Shown here: piece after piece, positions 18,150 to 22,615 of the stretch
Layout of the letters: each line of letters opens with the position of its first letter
Position numbering within the stretch: the first letter of the stretch is position 1
From: a candidate division WOR-3 bacterium
Lineage (GTDB): Bacteria; Hydrothermota; Tepidihabitantia; Tepidihabitantales; Tepidihabitantaceae
Reading direction: 5' to 3'
Assembly: GCA_965649205.1 (NCBI GenBank)
Contig: CBFGJV010000027.1
Coordinates: forward strand, 1 to 22,615
Length of the DNA: 22,615 nt
Program-made: the position numbers and the translations under genes
The notes under the pieces: model-generated
What the model was told of the DNA's origin: nothing
Seen by the model: the letters and a program-made list of their open reading frames with translations, nothing else
The model's database searches: none

Positions 18150-19286
18150 ATGAGAAGACTGCTCGTCGGTATATGTCTGCTGACTGGTACGCTGGTTCTA
18201 GCGATCGGCTGTGCCGGGAAGACCGAGACGCCGGTGCTCAAGGTCGGTCACGTGGGCCACGACCACCACTCTGCGCTCTATGTGGCCTGCCTGGCCGGCC
18301 AGGACTTCCAGAAGCTGTACAACATCTGGTTCGAAGAAGTCAAGCCCAAGGAGCTATACAAGTTGCACGACGGAAAGAAGGCCGTGTGCGAGGTAGAGCT
18401 GTACAAGGCTGGCGGTGGCTCGGACATGCCCACAGCCATGAGCCAAGGTACGTTTGACGTCGGATTCGGCGGGGTGGCCGCGGTTGAGTTCTTCGTGGAC
18501 AAGGGTTCGCCCCTGAAGCTTATTGCGCCCCTGCACTCCAAGGGCGATATGCTGGTAATGAAACCTGACCTTGGGCTAGATTCCTGGCAGAAGTTCATCG
18601 AATGGGTAGAGGCCCAGAAGAAGCAGGTGCGCATCGGGTTCAAGAATCCGGTTGCGGTTGCTGAACTTATCTTCAAGCGCGCACTCCAGGAAGAAGGCAT
18701 CACCTTTACCACCGATGCGGGCGATACCAAGGCAAAGATACTCATGGTGATGATGAAGGAAGAGGCCAACCTGAACACCGGGCTGCAGACCGGCCAGATT
18801 GACGGCTACGTGTCCAACAATCCCTGGGCCGCCATCGCCGAGTCCAAGGGCATCGGCAAGTGCGTGGCCGAATTGCATGACCTACCACCGGGTGTATTCC
18901 GCGACCATCCGTGCTGCTGTATCGCCGCCAACAACGCCGCGGTGGCCAAGCAGGGCAAGGAAATCCAGAAGTTCCTCGAGCTGATGGCAGTAGCAACCCA
19001 CTACATCAACACGCGCCGCGAAGAGGCCGCGGCCCTGGTCGCCAAGTGGATTGGCACAACACCAGAAGTGGAGATGGTGTCAATGGCTACTTCCGGGTAC
19101 TCGATGGAGCCGGATGAGGCATTCTACGACGGTATGTGGGTCTGGTACGAGGAGATGGTCAAGGCTGGCAAGATAACCGGCACGCTCAAGGACAAGACCC
19201 GGGACGAATTCGAGCAATTATCCTATGATTTCTCGCTTCTGAAGCCGGCTCTCGCCGCAGCTCAGAAGAGACTGCCAAAGCAGTAG
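18150..19286 (+). CDS. ABC transporter substrate-binding lipoprotein, NitT/TauT/SsuA-like
   Basis: RBS AAGGAGG; lipobox AIGC; G.D...AMSQGTFDVGFGG and GQIDGYVSNNPW segments; HPCCC motif; precedes the permease and ATPase. Confidence 0.9.
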   Translation: MRRLLVGICLLTGTLVLAIGCAGKTETPVLKVGHVGHDHHSALYVACLAGQDFQKLYNIWFEEVKPKELYKLHDGKKAVCEVELYKAGGGSDMPTAMSQGTFDVGFGGVAAVEFFVDKGSPLKLIAPLHSKGDMLVMKPDLGLDSWQKFIEWVEAQKKQVRIGFKNPVAVAELIFKRALQEEGITFTTDAGDTKAKILMVMMKEEANLNTGLQTGQIDGYVSNNPWAAIAESKGIGKCVAELHDLPPGVFRDHPCCCIAANNAAVAKQGKEIQKFLELMAVATHYINTRREEAAALVAKWIGTTPEVEMVSMATSGYSMEPDEAFYDGMWVWYEEMVKAGKITGTLKDKTRDEFEQLSYDFSLLKPALAAAQKRLPKQ

Positions 19287-19289
19287 CAC

Positions 19290-20135
19290 TTGGCTCGTCG
19301 AAAGGGTCTTGGCCGCTTGGGCCGAATTGCACTCGGCCTGGTACTGCCGCTTGCGTTCCTTGGCGTATGGCATCTGGTTGCGGTACGGATGAATAACCCG
19401 TGGCTCGTACCCCGGCCCCTTGCTGTGGCAGAGCGCCTGTTGCAGCCGTTTGCCAACGTGCTCGACACCGGCTCGCTGCTTTACAACATCGCTGTATCCG
19501 GCCTGCGCGTGCTCATGGGGTTCAGCCTGGCCGTACTGGTCGCGGTTCCACTTGGCCTGGCAATGGGCCGCATCAGTATCATCCGACGATTGGTCGGGCC
19601 GTTTGTCGAGATGTTCCGGCCGCTGTGCCCGATTGCCTGGATACCGTTTGCCATGGCCGTATTCAAGACCTACTCGGTCGTGAACCTGTTCGGCATCCGC
19701 TACTCGCACACGGTCCTCGACGTAGTTCAGGTCGGAATGCTCTTCATCCTGTTCTACGGCGCATTCTTTCCAATACTCCTGAATACAGTTGATGGCGTAC
19801 TGGGCGTGCCGGACGCGTACCTGGAGGCAGCTCAGGTGTTGGGTGCGAATCGGGGCCAGCTGTTTCGCAAGGTCGCACTACCGGCTGCCCTGCCGGCCGT
19901 CTTTACCGGTCTTCGTGTAGGGCTGGGTACGGCCTGGATGGTCATCGTCGCGGCCGAGATGCTTCCCGGCTCGAGCGCCGGTATCGGTTATCTCATCACC
20001 TATGCATACCAACTGGCTGAGATGGATGTGCTCATCGCCGGCATGGTTCTCATCGGTGCGGTCGGCGCGCTCCTGTCATTCGGTATATCTACCCTGAGCC
20101 GGCCTTTCATCGGCTGGCAGGCAAAGGTGCGCTGA
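19290..20135 (+). CDS. ABC transporter permease, NitT/TauT/SsuC-like
   Basis: SGLRVLMGF, RPLCPIAWIP, EAA loop (LEAAQVLGA), VALPAALP, WMVIVAAEM; TTG start. Confidence 0.92.
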   Translation: MARRKGLGRLGRIALGLVLPLAFLGVWHLVAVRMNNPWLVPRPLAVAERLLQPFANVLDTGSLLYNIAVSGLRVLMGFSLAVLVAVPLGLAMGRISIIRRLVGPFVEMFRPLCPIAWIPFAMAVFKTYSVVNLFGIRYSHTVLDVVQVGMLFILFYGAFFPILLNTVDGVLGVPDAYLEAAQVLGANRGQLFRKVALPAALPAVFTGLRVGLGTAWMVIVAAEMLPGSSAGIGYLITYAYQLAEMDVLIAGMVLIGAVGALLSFGISTLSRPFIGWQAKVR

Positions 20136-20974
20136 TGTACGCCGTGCAACTGAAGAACGTGAGCAAGGTATTCGACGCCGCCGGCGTGCCAGTCACGGCG
20201 CTGGAGAACATCAATCTGGACATCGGCCAGGGCGAGTTCACCTGCGTAGTCGGACCGACCGGTTGCGGCAAGACCACGCTCTTGCGGATAGTTGCCGGCC
20301 TGGTTGTACCGACTACAGGCACTGTCCTTATAACTGGAAATGATGCCGCTGGTGACAGGCGGAGTATCGGTATGGTGTTCCAGCAGTACTCACTCCTACC
20401 CTGGCGCAATGTCACCGATAACGTCGCCTTCGGCCTGGAACTTCGTGGTGTAGGTCGCGCCGAACGCAGGAAGAAAGCCGCGGTCTTGCTGGAGCTGGTC
20501 GGACTCAGCCGTTTCAGTCGCAGTCATCCCTGGGAGCTGTCCGGTGGAATGCAGCAGCGCGTCGCCATTGCCCGGGCACTGGCCACTGACCCCAAGATTC
20601 TGCTTCTCGACGAGCCGTTCGGAGCCCTGGATGAACGCACCCGGCACCGGTTGCAGAATGAGTTGCTGTCCATCTGGCAGCGTACGGCCAAGACCGTGCT
20701 GTTCGTGACGCACAATATCGACGAGGCGGTGTACCTTGGCGACCGAGTGGTCGTGATGGCGGACCGGCCCGGAAGAATTGCGGCCGACTTCCGGTTCGAC
20801 CTGGCCCGACCGCGCGACCGGCTGGCTACCCGCTTTGTCGAAGCGCTCCTTGCCGTGCGCGGCGTACTGGAGCGCGTGATGCTCGAAGGAGAAGGCGCAG
20901 AACTAACCGAAAACAAAGGAGGAGACCGTGCAGAAAGTCCTATTGGTCGCGGCCCTGTTTGCTGTGGCCGCTAA
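20135..20974 (+). CDS. ABC transporter ATP-binding protein, NitT/TauT family
   Basis: Walker A GPTGCGKT, signature LSGGMQQR, Walker B LLLDEPFGALD, H-loop VTHN. Confidence 0.95.
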   Translation: MYAVQLKNVSKVFDAAGVPVTALENINLDIGQGEFTCVVGPTGCGKTTLLRIVAGLVVPTTGTVLITGNDAAGDRRSIGMVFQQYSLLPWRNVTDNVAFGLELRGVGRAERRKKAAVLLELVGLSRFSRSHPWELSGGMQQRVAIARALATDPKILLLDEPFGALDERTRHRLQNELLSIWQRTAKTVLFVTHNIDEAVYLGDRVVVMADRPGRIAADFRFDLARPRDRLATRFVEALLAVRGVLERVMLEGEGAELTENKGGDRAESPIGRGPVCCGR

Positions 20975-21779
20975 CGCCGTACTCGCCACTCCGATTATCG
21001 GCCGGGGTGCGGGTACGCTCAAACCAAAGCAGTTCATCGCCCAGCTGGACCTGGCATACTCCCAGACCGCCAAGACCTACAACTGGACCGACAAGAAGTG
21101 GGATACCCTGGCGGCCAAGAAGAAGACAACCACCATCAGCGGTATGCTGCTCTTGGGGTATGCGCCGCTTAAGAAATGGGAAATCCTAGCGATGGTCCCT
21201 CTTGCCAGCAAGTCTCAGGACACCCTGTCCTCAATGGGCGTTGGTGACGTCGAACTGCATACCAGGTATCAGTTCATCGCCGACAAGAAGGCGCCGGTCA
21301 AGCTCACTGCCGCCGCGGCCTTCGGCCTGCCGACATCGAACAAGGACGCCAAGCCCAAGATTGGTGACGGTAAGATGTCGGGTGGGCTGGGCCTCATTGC
21401 CACAACCAAATCGTTCGGCAAGATAGTGGGCCACCTGCGGGCCGCCTATTGGCTCAACGGCAAGGTGAACGATACGACTAAGGTCGGCAATATGTTCGAG
21501 TACGTGACCAAGCTTGACTACGACTTCACTAAGAGTTTTCAACTCTGGCTTTCACTTGTTGGCACAATGCAGGCCAAGACCGAGGTCAATGGCACTGCAG
21601 TGGACAAGACCCAGCAGGGCCGCCATGTCACCCAGGTCGGCGCAGTAGTCAAGCCGGTTCCAGTACTCTCCATCCGGCCCAAAGTCATGGTGCCGATTGC
21701 CGCCCTATGCAAAGGCGGTGCAATTGCACCATTCGGTGTCGGTCTTGACTTCTGGGTTATTGCGCCAGAGAAGAAATGA
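20928..21779 (+). CDS. Secreted beta-strand-rich protein, probable outer-membrane channel (SphA / MetA-pathway transporter-like)
   Basis: RBS AGGAGG plus GTG start; signal peptide; GVGDVELHTRYQF and FGLPTS...IGDG motifs; alternating hydrophobic strands. Confidence 0.7.
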   Translation: MQKVLLVAALFAVAANAVLATPIIGRGAGTLKPKQFIAQLDLAYSQTAKTYNWTDKKWDTLAAKKKTTTISGMLLLGYAPLKKWEILAMVPLASKSQDTLSSMGVGDVELHTRYQFIADKKAPVKLTAAAAFGLPTSNKDAKPKIGDGKMSGGLGLIATTKSFGKIVGHLRAAYWLNGKVNDTTKVGNMFEYVTKLDYDFTKSFQLWLSLVGTMQAKTEVNGTAVDKTQQGRHVTQVGAVVKPVPVLSIRPKVMVPIAALCKGGAIAPFGVGLDFWVIAPEKK

Positions 21780-22090
21780 ATCTGAGTGAAACAGACCGAG
21801 CCAACGTAGAAAGAGTGCGCAAGGTCGGGGAAGAGCTGAGGTACGTGCTCAACCCCGACCTTGCCCGCACTCTCAAGGTAGCAACGCTCCTGGCTAAGAA
21901 CTTCGCCGAGCACGGTAAGTACTACTGTCCCTGCAAGCAGTCCCATCCGCTTGACCCACAAGAGGACGTGGTCTGCCCCTGTCCGACCGTGCACGACGAA
22001 GTCGAGAAAGACGGTCACTGCTTCTGCCGGCTGTTCTACAAACCGGGAGTTCAGTCCGAGCCGGGTGGTTGCTGCAGTTCTGACAAATGA
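21776..22090 (+). CDS. Ferredoxin:thioredoxin reductase catalytic-subunit-like Fe-S protein
   Basis: YCPC, VCPC and HCFCRLF motifs matching the CPC/CPC/CxC pattern; ATGA overlap with the previous gene. Confidence 0.88.
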   Translation: MNLSETDRANVERVRKVGEELRYVLNPDLARTLKVATLLAKNFAEHGKYYCPCKQSHPLDPQEDVVCPCPTVHDEVEKDGHCFCRLFYKPGVQSEPGGCCSSDK

Positions 22091-22119
22091 AAGTACTAAT
22101 CTAAGAAAGGAAGGCACAC

Positions 22120-22275
22120 ATGAAACCGGTAAAGAAAGGTGACACCCTCCGCTGCAACAGCTGCGGCGTTGAAATGGTGGTGACGAAGTCGTGCGGCTGT
22201 GCCGACTGCAACATCATCTGCTGCGGCTCGCCGATGAAGGTCAATGAAGCGGACGGCGGCTGCTGCGGCAAGTAG
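22120..22275 (+). CDS. 51-aa Cys-rich desulforedoxin-like metal-binding miniprotein
   Basis: Hand translation MKPVKKGDTLRCNSCGVEMVVTKSCGCADCNIICCGSPMKVNEADGGCCGK; purine-rich RBS (AAGGAAGG); fills the gap between two operon genes. Confidence 0.85.
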   Translation: MKPVKKGDTLRCNSCGVEMVVTKSCGCADCNIICCGSPMKVNEADGGCCGK

Positions 22276-22287
22276 AAGGAGGTCGCG

Positions 22288-22615
22288 ATGGCTGAGCCTA
22301 AGCAGGTTCTGGAAGAACTCGGGCTGGATGTAAAGCTGCATGACCAGGTGCTGGAAGCAATTGACCGGACATTTCAGGCCACGGTCGCGGCCCAGAAGAA
22401 CCGGCCCAAAGAGATGGCCTACTTCGACCGCGTGCTGCACGAATCCCACGGCGCAAGGGTGGCCGAGCTCCTTGACCTAAAGAAAAAAGGCACAAAGACC
22501 GTAGGCACATTCTGCATCTACGTGCCCGAGGAACTGGCCATGGCCGCAAATACCGTGCCGATTGCGCTCTGCGGCGGTACTCAGTTCTCGGTGCCCTTTG
22601 CCGAGAAGATGTTTC
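22288..22615 (+). CDS. Double-cubane cluster protein (DCCP; 2-hydroxyacyl-CoA dehydratase/HgdB-FldB superfamily), truncated by the window end
   Basis: RBS AAGGAGGT; hand translation MAEPKQVLEELGLDVKLHD...NRPKEMAYFDRVLHESHGARVAEL...VGTFCIYVPEEL...LCGG, matching the DCCP N-terminal pattern as I recall it. Confidence 0.85.
   Translation, partial: MAEPKQVLEELGLDVKLHDQVLEAIDRTFQATVAAQKNRPKEMAYFDRVLHESHGARVAELLDLKKKGTKTVGTFCIYVPEELAMAANTVPIALCGGTQFSVPFAEKMF

Noticed and set aside
20133..22099. Selenocysteine readthrough at TGA stops in the Cys-rich operon
   Set aside because: The TGAs overlap the next start codon or are followed within a few codons by TAA, and none sits at a Cys-motif position
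22120..22275. RiPP precursor interpretation of the Cys-rich peptide
   Set aside because: No radical SAM or other maturase in the window, and the CxxC...CCGxPM pattern fits a metal-binding fold better
1..22615. CRISPR arrays, tRNA/rRNA genes, transposases, integrases
   Set aside because: None recognised on either strand by inspection

Overview
Bacterial genomic DNA, probably from a diderm anaerobe (SurA-like foldases, a candidate outer-membrane channel, Fe-S enzymes of anaerobes). About 1-16519 is housekeeping: pepC, holA, leuS, a small membrane protein, guaA, a lipoprotein, three tandem parvulin/SurA-type foldases and a repeat lipoprotein on the minus strand, then glmM-glmS. After glmS come a sigma70-type promoter, an unexplained ~160-nt structured RNA candidate and a small EamA gene. 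From 17242 an apparent accessory operon runs off the window end. It encodes a SAM methyltransferase, a NitT/TauT-type ABC importer with a His/Cys-rich binding protein, a secreted beta-barrel-like protein, a ferredoxin:thioredoxin-reductase-like Fe-S protein, a 51-aa 9-Cys desulforedoxin-like miniprotein (absent from the ORF track) and the N-terminus of a double-cubane cluster protein (DCCP). This thiol-rich uptake/methylation/low-potential reduction cluster is the best candidate for an undescribed system. Other oddities are likely leaderless genes, recurrent 16-bp promoter spacers and a LeuRS with TMSSS in place of KMSKS. All assignments come from visual motif recognition; no searches were run.
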